A stretch of 64,000 nt of DNA from Eledone cirrhosa (GCA_964016885.1 OZ024742.1:23994001-24058000), one strand, 5' to 3'; counted from the stretch's first letter, positions 24,603-38,651 are shown. Numbers and translations: made by a program. Notes: a model not told the origin generated them from the sequence alone.

Positions 24603-25165
24603 ATTATTATGCTTTCCAGCATAGTTACGTCCCTTTACGATCTGAGTTCAAATTCCACCGAGGTTGACTTTGCCTTTCATCCTTACGGGGTCGATAAAAT
24701 AAAGTACCAGTAATGCACTGGGTAATTGCTGGCCTTGTGCCTAAAGTAGAAACAATTATTACTGCCTTGGATTGACAGTATCGGTAGAGGGTCGGACACC
24801 ATGCTTTGACGCATGGAGTTACGGCCCTTGCCATTCTGAGTTCAAATCCCGCCGTGGTTAACTTTTCCTTTCAACCTTACGGGGTCGATAAAATAAAGTA
24901 CCAGTAATGTACTGGGATAATTGCTGGCCTTGTGCCAAAAAGTAGAAACAATTATTACTACCTTCGGCGGTGGATTAGCAGTGTGGGTGGTGGGTCGGAC
25001 GCCATGCTTTGCAGCAAAGAGTTACGGCTCTTTATGGTCTCAGTTCAAATCCCGCCCAGGTTAACTTTGCCTTGCATCCTTACAGGGTCGATAAAATAAA
25101 GTACCAGTAATGCACTGGTAATTGCTGGCCTTGTGCCAAAAGTAGAAACAATTATCACTGCCTTC
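24603..25165 (+). mobile_element. Head-to-tail array of three SINE A copies
   Basis: Each copy is followed by ATTAT(T/C)ACT(G/A)CCTT. Confidence 0.88.
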
Positions 25166-25449
25166 GCCTCGGCCACCCTCCTCATCTCTCACTGTTATGA
25201 GAAAATGGGGGCCTATGCATTGGTCACTCCTCGACCCCGACTGACAGATTAGAGAAAGTGATTCCCTAGAGGATGTTATGGGAGACGCACTGGAAGATCC
25301 ATTCCAGCTCACGAGGTTCACACCTGCAGGTAGCCAACCCTGTGCCGATGGTGGTGAGTAGGGAGGGAGTTGGTCCTAGGGCCAAAGACACCAGAAGTCT
25401 CCACATACTATACTGTCTTTATAGTTAACACCATGCCAGTACTACATCT

Positions 25450-26230
25450 GCACCACCACCACCACACTACCACACTACCAACACTACCCCACCACCATCA
25501 ACACCTTCTCCACCATGACAGTATTTCCCAAACCACCACACTACTACTAATACCACCACCACTACCACCAGTACACAACCACAACAGTACCACTTGTACC
25601 ACCACCACTACCACCAGTACACCACCACCACAGTACCCCCACCACTACTACCAGTACACCACCACAACAGTACCACTTGTACTACCACCAATACCACCAG
25701 TACACCACCACAACAGTACCAGCACCACTACCACCAGTACACCACCACCACACTACTACTAATACCACCACCACTACTACCAGTACACCACCACAACAGT
25801 ACCACTTGTACCACCACCACTACCACCAGTACACCATCACTACCACCAGTACACCACCACCGCACTACTACCACCACCACTACCACGAGTACACCACCAC
25901 CACAGTACCACTTGTACCACCACCACTACCACCAGTACACCACTACAACAGTACCACTTGTACCACCACCACTACCACCAGTACACCACCACCACACTAC
26001 TACCACCACCACTACCACCAGTACACCACCACCACAGTACCACATGTACCACCACCACTACCACCAGTACACCACCACAACAGTACCAGCACCACTACCA
26101 CCAGTACACCACCACAACAGTACCACGTGCACCACGACCACTACCACCATTACCACCTGTATCACCACCACCACAGTACCCGCTCTACTACCACCATCAC
26201 AATCCTCTTCTCCACCACCACAGTACTTCC
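25450..26230. repeat. (CAC/TAC)-based complex minisatellite
   Basis: Recurring ccaccagtacaccaccacaacagtaccacttgta. Confidence 0.9.
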
Positions 26231-27699
26231 ATCCTAAACACCACACTACCACCAACCCATTTCATCTAAACCACCATTATTTTCCCCCTTTTTTTCCCAA
26301 TTTTCTTTAGATTTTCTGAGAACCATAGGGAAAGTTTTATGGCCAAATATTTTCATTGATAGCAAGGAATCGAAGTGGTTTGTTTATGACACATTTCATT
26401 AGAATGTTATGATTGAAGCGAATATTTCATGACAGCCGAGTGAGAAGTGAAATAGCCCTGTAAGGACAAAGACCTGTATATTAATGTTAGCTGCAATATT
26501 TCCATATCAGCTGATATTTCGTCATAAACATCACCTCGTACAGTCTTCTTCAATATATTTACTACCATCCTCTGCTTAAAACAATTTAACTAGATTTTAG
26601 CAGCTGAGGCTACAGCTATGCTATATTATTTATTACTATGTCAACGAATTGTGGTTGGAAATTGTGTTTCATTCTTTCTATACAGAGTCACCTGCCAAAA
26701 GATCTTCAACTCAACACTGGTTTATATGTATTATTTTCTTGTATTAAAACCTATTTGGGTTGTTTTTCAGTACCACCTCACAATAAATCCAATCCAGGGC
26801 CTTCTTACTCCTGTTGGAGAACCCTTCCTGGTTGACCTCTACCGTCTTTTGTTTTAGTTTTGGTCATGTCTTCAGAAGTATAACCGTAGTCACCACGCTT
26901 GGCTGATTGCAGGTTTGGTTAGGCTATTTAACCCTTAGATTTGGTGGATGGCTGTTGACTACAAGGAGTTCATCCAACCTTTTAGCAGCTTTTGTTTTTA
27001 TGTGCTGCTGGGCTTCCATTTCCCTTCTCACTAGACCAACATATTTTGGGAGAGGCGGTTTAATCACCGACCACTCGAACTTGAAGCAGGCTCTACTGGG
27101 TAACATGGTACCGGTATCTGGCAGAAGCTTCAACTGATCACATTACACATAAGATTATTTATTCCATCAAGCGAAAGTGAATAAATATTTATATATTATG
27201 AGAAAGTGAGTGGTGACAGTGTGGTGGTGGAGGTGGAAGTATTGTGATGGTGGTGGTGGTGGTGGTGGTAAGGGTACAGGTGGTACTGTGGTGGATGTGT
27301 AATGATAATATATTCAACGTGCCACAGTATTTATATATATTTTCATCGCATCCCTCTATACTCTAAACTGAAAACCCACTAAGGTCGATCTTGCTTTTCA
27401 TTTTTCTAGTTCAGTGTTTCCCAAAGTGGGATCCTCGAAAATATCTAGGGTTCATCGAAGCAGTTTTTGCAAATATTAACGCCCGGGTTCGATCCCACTG
27501 CATGGCATTCTTGAGCAATATAATATTCATGGGTCGACCCATGCTTTGTAAATGAAACTGTGTAGATAGAAACTGTTTGGAAGCACATCAGGTGGACTAT
27601 ACCTGTAATTCAATGGGCCAGGGTTATCACAAATAGTGTTACACTGTAACACTGAATCTACTCTATATATTACAGATATAAACTTTATTAAGTTTTAAA

Positions 27700-28660
27700 T
27701 CTATATACATAAATGGCAATTTCTGTCTGTTTGTTTGTGAACCTAAAACTCAAAAACTACCATACCGATCTTGACGAAACTTGACACGTGTGTGGGGCTC
27801 ATGCCCATTTGATTTCTTACGTATATTTCATTTTAATCAAGGAGTTCCCCGGGGATTCAAACCCCTGCTGAGAGCCGCCGCTTAATATTTTCCCTTCGAT
27901 TTCTATGAAATGTAAACCATAGGTAAATGACAAGATATGATGCCTATTCACAGAATTTCAGCAAATTCCAATAATATTAGGATACCCTAATGGGGTTAAA
28001 CCTCCTATAGTGAAAATTTTGGCCAATAAATGGAACAAGATTTTACGAACTCTTCCTATGGTTTGGGAGATAGACCCTCCATAACCATATATATTCTGAA
28101 ACTACATTACCCAGGGTACTTGGATAAGTATATTTCATTTTAATCAAAGGGTTTCCCGGGGGCACAAAACCCCCACTGAAAACCCCCGCTGAAATTTAAA
28201 CCATAGGTAAATGACAAGATATGATGCCTATTCACAAAATTTCACCAATGAAACGCCCTGTTCGGGGGGGGGGGGTCAATTTTTTCCCTTAGAGCAACAC
28301 TCAACTTCTCTAACAAATATTCTTTCGCCTGACCAATGGAATCAACAATATTTGTTTGTATTATTGTTTCGTAATAGCAAAGAGTTACGGCCCTTTATGC
28401 TCTAAGTTCAAATCCTGCCACGGTTAACTTTGCCTTTCATCCTTACGGGGTCGATAAAATAAAGTACCAGTAATGTACTGGTTAATTGATGGCCTTGTGC
28501 CAAAAGTAGAAACAATTATTGTTTCGTAAATGCATTTGTCTTCGCTTTTGATTATCTGTCCTTTATTTTGATTTCATTTTTGTGGTCTGAGAGGCATTGG
28601 GCATTTTAATTGGAACTGGGAATACCTCCGCTCCCGGGTGTTACCGAGTACTTCAGCTAG
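27700..28660 (+). mobile_element. Non-autonomous Helitron-like element with a nested SINE
   Basis: Starts A|TC-tatata followed by a (TCTG/TTTG) tract, has internal diverged repeats, and ends with an imperfect GC hairpin plus CTAG|T. SINE at 28375-28514 with 15-bp TSD ATTATTGTTTCGTAA (28360, 28515). Confidence 0.7.
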
Positions 28661-29686
28661 TATATATATATATATAAATCACATTATAAATTGCTCACAA
28701 TTCTTTTAGAATGAATATATAAACACAATGTAAACACTTATAACAAATACAATTAACTATTGCTAGAAACATCACAAATACAACACCAAAATATATGACC
28801 AGAGCGAGAGGAAGAAAGAAAAAAAGGTAAATAAAAACAAAAGCAACCATCAATTCACCACCAAGTGTGACAATCAGCCGCACATGACAAGGGTCAACGG
28901 AATATTTTGAGGCAATCCCAAACGCTCACAGCATTACGACGGGCAATGGCGGGTCTAAGGCGCTGACACAACCAGACACTCTTACGGTCATCAACAGACA
29001 CCTCAGTAAGGCTAGCAGTATACATTATATTTTGAGTAGCACAATAGCTTTTTAATGATCTTACAAAATAGCTACCAAGTTCACAAATTTCAAACCACCG
29101 TGATTCAACCCAGCAATCCCTGGATTTTAATGTACGGAATTTATACCATCACACCGCTATTAGCTGTCAAACAGCCGACCGGTCACTAGATCATAAATGT
29201 CTTAACATCTCTTTCACACTCTCTCCCTGAAACCACATCAACCCCATTAAGACAAGACAATCAGCAAAACATTTACCACACACACTTGTCAAAATCCTCC
29301 CTTCACCATCCACCCTTAGCCCTTGTGTCTCATACTGGTATCTCCCAATTAATTTCTAGTTTATTGACTTTTCTTTTATTTGTCACTAACTCAGACTCTC
29401 TACACGTATCTATGTATGTTTCGAATATGACTTTTCATGTTAGCACTAAATCCACCACAGCATCCTTATCCGGAGACTTACTTACCACCACCACTAGCAT
29501 ACTCTGTACTTATATGCTCTCACTTATCCTTATTTCTTTATATTTTTATTATTTTTCCATTTTCTTACTTTTTTACTTTTTACATCTGTAACTTCTTTAC
29601 CTACTTATCATATATTTTATTATTACTGTTATTGTTTTAATTATACGCTGTTTCTCTATATATATCATGCCATGTATGAATTATTC

Positions 29687-29797
29687 GTATTCTGAGGATT
29701 TGGTCAGCGGTAAATAATGTAATGAAGATTGAGTGACGCAACTTCGAGCGATTAGCGGCCTCTAGATTCACCTGATCAATGAAACAATTGTTAATAC
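29687..29797 (+). ncRNA. Hammerhead ribozyme with 64-nt stem II insert at the 3' end of a decayed PLE-like element (about 28900-29852)
   Basis: GTATT-CTGAGGA-tTTGGTCAG...CTGATCAAt-GAAA-CAATTG-TT-AATAC, with AATAAA at 29802 and (TA)n downstream. Confidence 0.75.
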
Positions 29798-29847
29798 CTG
29801 AAATAAAGCTCCTTATTGTACAGCCAACCATGTTATTCGTCATTCTC

Positions 29848-29929
<82 letters not shown>

Positions 29930-29937
29930 TATTTATT

Positions 29938-30312
29938 TTTAAAATAACAGATTAAAGTTTAAGCAAAGAATCGCTGCTTTCACCCTTAACGGGATCTTCT
30001 GAAACTAACAAAGTCAATCTGTGAAAGCAGAAGTGAATATTTCAAAAAACGTTGCAACCGGAGGAAGACAGGAAGACGATACCTTGGTTCGTCCTCCGGT
30101 TGCCACGTTTTTTGAAATATTCACTTCTGCGTTCACAGATTGACTTTGTTAGTTTCAGAAGATCCCGTTAAGGGTGAAAGCAGCGATTCTTTGCTTAAAC
30201 TTTAATCTGTTATTTTAATAAATATTTGCTCTACGGTTCTTATATATTTGATATATATTTATCCTTATCGAGCCCTCTTTGTATTTTAGTCATCAAATTT
30301 ATTATTATTACT
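29938..30312 (+). mobile_element. Fold-back PLE terminus with HHR-like motif at 30151-30201 (inverted copy 29956-30006)
   Basis: AGTTT-CAGAAGA-tCCC-gttaa-GGGt-GAAA-GCA..TGC-TT-AAACT. Arms of about 125 bp. Same family at 3641-3808. Confidence 0.7.
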
Positions 30313-31269
30313 ATATATATATATGCATATTCTTTCAAACATGTTATACGACTGTGATGGAGTTTAATCCTTTTTTATTAATGAGTTTTTCATATTTCCC
30401 CTTATTAGTCCTTTTATTTTATGTTTGAAACATTAACGTTTCTAAGTCCATTCATATTTCTAATTCTCCTATCATTTATCTCCCCACTGATAGCGATGCT
30501 CCTTATGCAGTATTTTTCAGTAGGCACCTCGGATTTGTGAATAATCATGTAACTGAAAATTTCACCACCACGAGATTAAAACGCTCTTTTTTATTTGTCT
30601 TTTTTAACCTGTTAAATCCATTTTAGGTTCATGCTTTATCTGTACGTGGGTGTTGTTTGTTTTTGTAGTTGTCTTTTATTATAAATAATACTTCAATGGC
30701 AAATCTTCAAGCCGGTGTTGTTTTGCAATGTGTGAGCATGTTTTTGGTATTCTTAATAAGATGGTAGCCTTATCAAATAATGTTATTAAAACGAAACTTC
30801 ACAGCATATTGCAATATAGAAAATAAAACAAAACTAATTACGACAATATTTATTGATATCACTACCATCCTATAGAGAATTCTACCAAATGAAACTGCAA
30901 GAAAGCAAGCTTTATTCAGGGGAAAACTATAAACCAAAAGCGAAACCTAAACACAGAGATAGAGTACACGTGGAATAAACTATGAATGAAACTTAGATTC
31001 AATAGTTTTGAAAATTTTAATCCAGCAATGAAGGATTTTATCATTTCATATGATCTTTACTACATGCAGCAAAAGAATGTAATTATAAAAATAGTTCTAT
31101 CAACCTTCAGTATTCCCCTATCCAGTGTGACAATATTTCCATCTTGTTGAATAAATAGTGAAGACACTAATATGTTTAGGGTTGTACAAAACATAAACTG
31201 CTCTCAATGTATTACAAATGAAATACCATACAGAACTTGACCAAGATAACTACAATTGTTCAAAGATGT

Positions 31270-31510
31270 TTATGATTAGCAGGACATTGCTGGAGAAGTA
31301 AGTAGGAAGTTATCCACAAGTTTCTATTGTGGGAACCAACTCAAGTGTAGCTGAAGTAGAGGAAAACCTGCTTGAACCTTCATCAATCAACTCTCAGATG
31401 ATACAAACTTCAATGGGGAGCAGTTGCCAGGATCAATGGAAAATCATTAATTGTGGATGGACTTTGTCCAGAATACTCGATTGTTGTCACAATGATGATG
31501 ATCTATTTAT
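31270..31510 (+). mobile_element. RTE-like LINE 3' end (second, related copy at 32460-32660)
   Basis: LAGHCWRSK*EVIHKFLLWEPT. The second copy reads LLWEPTRKRCSKGRPARTFIDQL..AMEYRELW. Both end in (GAT)n then (ATCT)n. Confidence 0.65.
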
Positions 31511-31511
31511 C

Positions 31512-32455
31512 TATTGGCACATTGAATGCGCCCAGGCGCTCAGAGTCCTCTGTCAAGCGGGCACAGCAATCAGTGGAGACTCCACTTTGACATTCTATAG
31601 AGGGTTAGTACTTTACAAGTGCGACGACGTGCTCGGGGAGACTCTAGTCTGTTCGGTAGGACTTTCAGCCCGGGACCTATGGACAACTTCCAGAGGTCCC
31701 TGGCCTGGCAGTGCTACCGAGGAGCTCTACCCGTTCGAGATGAGATATACAGGCACGGACGCCGCGTCAGGGATACTTCCAAGAGGACGTGTCCAAGATG
31801 CGAGCAGGACATTGAAACCGTCTTGCACTCAACTGTACACTGCCTGGTCGTAAGCGACCTGTGGAACTATGCAAAACAACTGCTGTCGCGTATGGGACAA
31901 ATCCAGTTGACTGCCGAGTCCATAGTAAGGATCAAACCGCCAGCCTCTTTCAAAAAGAAAGAGAGGCGGTTTTCTTCTGTACAGTGGCTATGGTGAAAGA
32001 GGTTATATGGTGGACGAGATTGAGAGGACTGAGGACAGATGCCTTTCTCTCCGGACAACAATTGATTCCCTTCTTTAAGTATCACTTTAGAAGAAGAATC
32101 AGAGTGGAGAGAGAGCCACTGCACCCCAGTAAATTTACTGAAAGGTGGGTGAATGTGGCAAAAATGGCCCGAGTGATTGGGCCTTCTCTGTTTATAAGAC
32201 TGTAGGTTAAAGAAGAGACCAAAAGGAAGAAGGGGGCACTTGCTCAACATGCTCCTGAAGTTGGGGGTTGTTCTATCGACGGGGTATTAAACAACCCATT
32301 TGTGGCGTCTTCCTCCCTATTGGGGATTTCGATTGTTATAATTGTGTGTTTGTTTTTTTTTGTTTTGTTTTTTTACACGACTGTATGTAAAATCAGCGGC
32401 ATGTGTCTTTGTATTGTCCCCTTTTCTTATGCGCCCTTGTGGCAAATAAAGACAT
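31512..32455 (+). mobile_element. Tx1/L1-group LINE 3' fragment with CCHC zinc-finger region and 3' UTR
   Basis: WHIECAQAL, FGRTFSPGPMDNFQRSLAWQCYRGALPVRD, CPRCEQDIETVLHSTVHC. Homologous to 35388-35654. AATAAA near the end. Confidence 0.85.
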
Positions 32456-32672
32456 ATATCTATTGTGGGAACCAACTCGCAAGAGATGCAGTAAAGGAAG
32501 ACCGGCTCGAACCTTCATTGATCAACTCTCAGACGATAGAAATCTCAGTAAAGAGAAAATTCCAGGAGCAATGGAATATCGTGAATTGTGGAGTGACTTT
32601 GTTAGGAATGTTCGACAGTAGTTACACTGATGATGATCTATCTACCGATCTATCTATCTCCCTACCACCAAC

Positions 32673-35655
32673 ATGGCTATGCTAAGAGTAGGCTGTTTAA
32701 ATGCGCGTCGCCTGGGCTCAACTTGGAAGCAAGCAATGCTTCTAAATGACCTCAGGTCACAACGTATAGATGTGATGGTTATTTGCGAGGCCCGGATCAG
32801 CAACGTGCGACAGCTGGCCCCCACCTTTGATGACTTTGAGATGCACGCATCTCTCTGTCAGCCCGGAGGTGGGGGTGGAGTTGTCGTTCTGCTGCAAAAA
32901 CATCTGGGTCTCGCAACACAGATGGTACATTTGGACCCGGAGGGTCGACTAGTGGTTCTGGACATTGGCAGTGGTAAAGGCGGAGCGTTTAGGTTGGTAG
33001 CCGCCTACGGCCCTTTCGGGTCAATGCGGCCGGACTTCTTCCATCGTCTGGAGACTTTTCTAGGGACGTCCCGCTCCTTGCTATTAGTGGGGGACTGGAA
33101 TGGTATCCTAGATGCACGCTGGGACTACGTAGGGGCCTGTCCCGATAGAGAGGGGTGTAATAGCCTCAAAGGGTTAATCGGTCGATTTGACCTGGCCGAT
33201 AGATATCGACTAGATTTTCCGACTGCGCCAACCTGGACTTGGGCAAATCGTAGCGGATCATCTAGGTCGTACCTAGATAGGTTCTTAGTTAGAATTAAGG
33301 ATAAGGACTTTTTAAGTTGTCCAAAAATGCGCATAGTTGGCTATTCAGACCACAAGTTAGTGACCTGCATGATCAACCTTGACAGAACTCATAGACAGGG
33401 ACCCGGTTACTGGAAGCTCAACTTGTCCTTACCGGCAAGTAAGGCTTACAGGGACCGGATTAGCACTTTAGTTAAGGAGCGGTTGACGGGCGCCATCGTC
33501 AACAGCAGGTGGTGGGGATCTCTCAAAAGAGAGATTAGAGTAGTCTCTATAGAATTTAGTAAGGAGTTAGCCTCAAATAGAAATAGGAAGGAAAGGGAGT
33601 TGGTAGATGGTGTAGAAGAGGCAATTAGAAGCGGCGACGTGGCCAGACTGCTAGCGTCGAGAACGGCCCTGGGCCAGTTCTTCGACGCGAAACACGAAGG
33701 CTGCATCGTCCGAAGCAAAATATGTGGTCTGTGAAACGAGGGGACCAAAGCTGTTAGCTGGGCCCGCGTGACAGAAGCCAAAAGAGGGAGCAGATCCACT
33801 ATCCGGTCTTTGCGAGACCAGGATGGACGGGTGATCCTTGAACCTAAGCAGATATGCGAGGCTTTTCAAAAGCACTTTGCCGGATTGTTCGGAAGGGGCG
33901 GGGGGGGGGTACGTGGACTTCGGTCCATACCTCGGCGGCCTGCCGCGTCTCTCGGACAGGGAGGCGAAGTCCTGCGAGGAGCCGATTTCAGCCGCTGAGA
34001 TAGAAGACGTGCTGAGCCAATGCGGCAAACGCAAATCCCCGGGTCTCGATGGTCTTCCATACGAACTATATCTAGCTATGCCGGACTTATTCCCCGATCT
34101 CCTCGAGGCGGTCTACTGCAACTGGCAACAGAACGGGAGAATTCCCTGTGCTGTGACCAAGGGCGTAGTCACGCTAGTGAGGAAGGACGAGAACAAGGGG
34201 GACGATATAAATAATTTCAGACCCATAACTCTGCTAAATACAGAGTTACAGATTTTGGCCAAGGTGCTAGCAAAGAGGTTGGCGCTTGTCGTGGGCAACC
34301 TGGTGGGAGATGCGCAGACATGTGCTATCCCGTCCAGGTCCATCCACGATAACCTCCACCTCATGCGATACATCATAGAGACGGTTGGGAACGAACCCGG
34401 CTTTGGTGGGGCCCTGATCAACATGGATCAATCTAAGGCATTCGATAGGGTCGACCATGGTTACCTGGATGCGGTGCTAGCGGCGGCAGGCTTCGGACCC
34501 GTTTTCAGGGGCTGGATCAATGCCATTCACAGCAGCCGCATCTGCTCTAGAGTCAAGGTGAACGGCTACCTCTCGGAGCCGTTCGAAATCGCGCGATCCA
34601 TCTTACAGGGGTGCCCTCTCCCCTCCCTTCTGTATGTAATGACTCTAGAGCTACTGCTGCGGAAGTTGGAGTTGTTGCAGAGCATCCCATTGGAACCGGG
34701 ATTGCGGAAAGCGGTGTCAACCTACGCCGATGACGTAACAGTAATGGTGTCGACGGCCTCGGAAATCGGGGCGATCGGCACCTTACTGGAGGAGTACGAA
34801 AGGTTTACAGGGGCTAAGCTGAACCGGGACAAGTCGATCGGTCTGCAACTCGGCACGTGGAGGGGCAGATCGATGCCCTCCGATGGCGTCGTCGGGCGCT
34901 GGACGGAGGGCCCGGTGAAGTTGCTCGGGGTCTGGTTCGGACCAGACCTCCAGGTGGAGAAGAACTGGGGTGAGGTGACGAACAGGGTGTTTGCACTGAC
35001 CCAGAAGTGGGCCGAGTGCAAACTGTCCCTGAAAGGTCGGGCTGAGGTGGCGAATACTTATATAGCGTCCGTCATCTACTACCGCCTGACCGTTGTGTCT
35101 TGCCCAAGGGAAACGCTCGCCAAAATGGAGCGCGCACTCTTCAAATTCCTTTGGAAGAAGCGGGCTCCTATGGTAAGGAGATCCATCTGCTGTCAACACC
35201 CTTCGAAAGGAGGGCTGGGGATGCCGTGGCTGATGATACGTAAACACGCATTAAGGCTACGGCACCTTCAGGTATACCTCTCCGGTCAACCGGTGTGGGC
35301 CCCGTTTGTGAGGCGAGCCTTTCCCAGACTCGTCTCACTCACCGAGCTGCAATCCTGGGTCAAGCAAAGACCGAGAAAACTGGGCACCTGGCACACCGAG
35401 TGTGCCCAGGCGCTCACGGCTCTCTGGCAGGCGGACCCGGCTGTCAGTGGAGAATCCACCTCGTCATTCTATAGAGGGTTGGAGGTTAGCAGGTGCGACG
35501 ACGCCCTCGGAGAAGCCCTAGGCATGGAGGAAGACGAACTGGCCAACCTGTTCGGTAGGACATTCAGCCCGGGACCCATGGATAACTTCCAGAGGTCCCT
35601 GGCCTGGCAATGCTACAGAAGGGCTCTGCCCGTTCGAGAAAGGCTCTACAGACAC
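32673..35655 (+). pseudogene. Tx1/L1-group LINE ORF2 (AP endonuclease + RT), disrupted and 3' truncated
   Basis: CLNARRL, ICE, GDWN, TWTW..SYLDRF, SDH, GPGYWKLN. KSPGLDG, FRPITLLN, DQSKAFDRVDH, QGCPL, YADD. Stop at 33732-33734 and a frameshift near 33900. Ends in (GAT)n before the zinc finger. Confidence 0.93.
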
Positions 35656-35656
35656 A

Positions 35657-35686
35657 CAACGATGATGATGATAGTGATGATGATAG

Positions 35687-35731
<45 letters not shown>

Positions 35732-35870
35732 CGATGGTGATGAAGATGATGATGACGATGATGACGACGATGATGACGATGATGACGAAGGTGATGACGA
35801 AGATGGTGATGATGACGATGATGATAATCATGGTGACGATGATGATGATGATGATGAGGATGATTATCAT
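35657..35870. repeat. (GAT)n microsatellite
   Basis: Direct read. Similar (CAT)n fields at 41680-42110 and 42480-42690. Confidence 0.95.
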
Positions 35871-37268
35871 TGTCTGTCTACTTCGTCTTTACCGAGAAGC
35901 CAGTAACGTCAGTGAAACCTTCATATAACCATACATTATTAAAAGCAAATTCAATATTGACTCTATTCAGAGTATATGAGTCCTTCATTCAGTATTTACT
36001 TTATCGTGTTTATTACACAGAACCATAAAAAACATTTGTTATAATAAATATCAATTTACCGAAGATACGGTTCTGTGTTTCCATTGCTAACTTCTATTTC
36101 ATCAGCGTATGAAAGACTTGTGACATATATAACAGTTTTTTGGTTTTTTTAATACAGCTTTCAGATATTCCATGTAACTAACGGTAAAGAAGTAATGTTA
36201 TTTAAAATAATCACTGATCCCGCTCAATGATTGAATCTAATATAGAAATAGGGAAACTAATATATGCACACGACATATGTAGGTAATTACTTATGCATAA
36301 AGGAACGTTCTATTGGTATAAAACCTGAGAGTTTATAAGATGTATATAAGGTATTCAACCCACGCCAGTCTGGAAAACGGACGTAAAATGATGCTGATGA
36401 TGATGATGAAAATGATATATTTTGATGGAATAATCTTAGACTACTTAATATTGTAAAGCAAATGTGAAATAATGATTTCTAACATAAGCACAAGGCTAGC
36501 AATTTGGAAGAATTAGGAAAGTCACTTGTATCGACTCCAGTGCTTAACTGGTACTTTATTTTATCGGCGTCGGAATGATGAAAGGCAAAATTAACTTCAG
36601 CTGGATTTGAATTCAGAATGTTAAAAAGTCGTAAGGAAATACTGCAAAGCATTTTGTCTGAGCCTCTACAAACTCACTACAAGTCACTGTTTCAATTTAA
36701 TCAGTTATGTACCAGAGTTATATACATTTGCCCTGTCGGGAATATTTCTGAATGTGCATAAAAAAGCTTCAAACTGCATTTCACTAATAGGTACACCTGA
36801 TATGCAAATTACTGTTGTCACTGCAATTAGGATAGGTATTTTAGCCACACCTTACAAACAGAAATGTTGATCAGATATAATATCTAAGTGCCGACATGTA
36901 AATAAGTACCACTTTTCCAACATCAGTACAACTACTGAAACAAATTGAATGAAAACAACCTACTCTATCGAGTAACGTTACCCCAAAGACCCCATTTCGG
37001 CCGCTTGCATCCTCGATCGTATTCTTTCAATCATTAACCAAGATTCATGATCATAGGTTACCATGAATACCGAATTGATGATAGCGTGTTTGGCTTGAGA
37101 GTTATTCATGATATATTATATATGTCAAGAGTATATATAAAGGGAATGAGTATATATAAAGGGAATATATATATATTAGGAGACGTTGTATGTGAGAATG
37201 TTGTAAAGTATTATAAGGTATGAGTGACAGTGAACTTGTAAAGTATTGCTTAAGTGGGTTATGTCCGT

Positions 37269-37800
37269 TTAGAGCTGATAACAATAGGTATGGACTGAGG
37301 TGTTTCTAGGAAGAGAGTAATGTAATGTTACCAGTTCTAAAAAATTGCACTTCTCACAGGTACAAAGGATGCAGATCTTCAATCCGTTATGATATGACTT
37401 GGGATTTTTCAGTATTCTCCATCTTATTTTATGTGGCACACCTTTGTCTTTTAATTCCCATACATACGTTGCCAGGGTGGCAAATGATTTCATTTCAGGG
37501 TGTCTGAAAATCGAAACATTGGAGTAAAAATGTCTTTAAACGTATCTTCCATCAAGCCCACATACCTTTCTCTACCCATTGCCTAGTTAGTATTCTCAGC
37601 TGAATCTTTTGTTTAATAAACAGTCTACGTCATGTTACAAACCAGTTGCACTGAACATCCATTCGTTCGTTTTCTTGCATAAGCACCCGAGTCCATTATT
37701 GTGCTTTTATCTTGGGGTTATCAATAACTTCATGGAAGTGGCACATGAATAGATGGTATTCTGGGAATGCCTGCTGAATTTCTTCTGTACCTGTGCTATA
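37269..37800 (-). pseudogene. Decayed PLE endonuclease fragment
   Basis: TLATYVWELKDKGVPHKIRWRIL..SYHNGLKICILCTCEK parallels the EN at 5734-6210. Confidence 0.7.
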
Positions 37801-37818
37801 CTGAGGGGTGGTAGTATG

Positions 37819-37877
<59 letters not shown>

Positions 37878-37962
37878 AAAATGTAAACAGAAATAACAAC
37901 ACAATTGGTACAGTATATGGAAGGGATATATTAGATTAACGCTTGATATAGCAGGAAGAGGG

Positions 37963-37998
37963 TCTTAACGTTTCGGACGCTAGTCCGTCATCAAAAGA
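37963..37998 (-). ncRNA. Minimal hammerhead-like motif in a short PLE 3' end (about 37875-38115)
   Basis: TCTT-TTGATGAC-GGAC-tagc-GTCC-GAAA-CG-TT-AAGA. U3 with G8, so possibly inactive. Confidence 0.6.
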
Positions 37999-38651
37999 AA
38001 GAATGAGAATAGGATTGGCTGTGTAGTTTCTAGTTAAGGTAGGCTTAAAATAGGAATGAGAATAAAAAGAAAGCAAGTACGGGGGAGGAAAACTCCTTGC
38101 TTTCAATTTTAAGCTTATATATTTATATATAAATTCAAGAGGAAGTGCCAGCTATGCCTCATGGAACTTTACCATATCGTAAGAGCAACTCTAGAGCTCA
38201 CCAATAGCAGAGCAGAATCTGTGATAAACTGCAGACACAGAATACAGCAGTCATTCTATGGTTGGACCCTGGTTGATACCTGAACGCCATAAACTGGGGC
38301 CCCCTGCACCAAACCATAACGCGCCGGAGGGCAGGTTGCATAACTAAACATCTGTACACCAAATATGCCTCTTAGATCCGGCCTGACTAAAAGGTAGTAG
38401 AGTAGCACCCATAAAATAGTAGTGGAAAACAACTCCTTGTATTTACATATGCACATGCATATGTGTATATATGTATACTGTTTTTTGTTTTTTTTTATAA
38501 TAATCAATGTGCTGTATTAACTGGGTTACCAATGCACACTGAATTTATTTGCCCTAGGTGTCAGGAAGACACTCGGCATATATCTCAGAAACAATAATGA
38601 AAGAAAATAATGATAATAATAATAACAATAATAATAATAATAATAATAATA

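Noticed and set aside
25370-26310. His/Thr/Pro-rich ORFs
   Set aside because: Minisatellite translation in all three frames.
36970-37025. ggccGAAA motif at the 3' end of the decayed PLE (minus strand)
   Set aside because: No convincing CUGANGA or stems I and III, so too degenerate to call.
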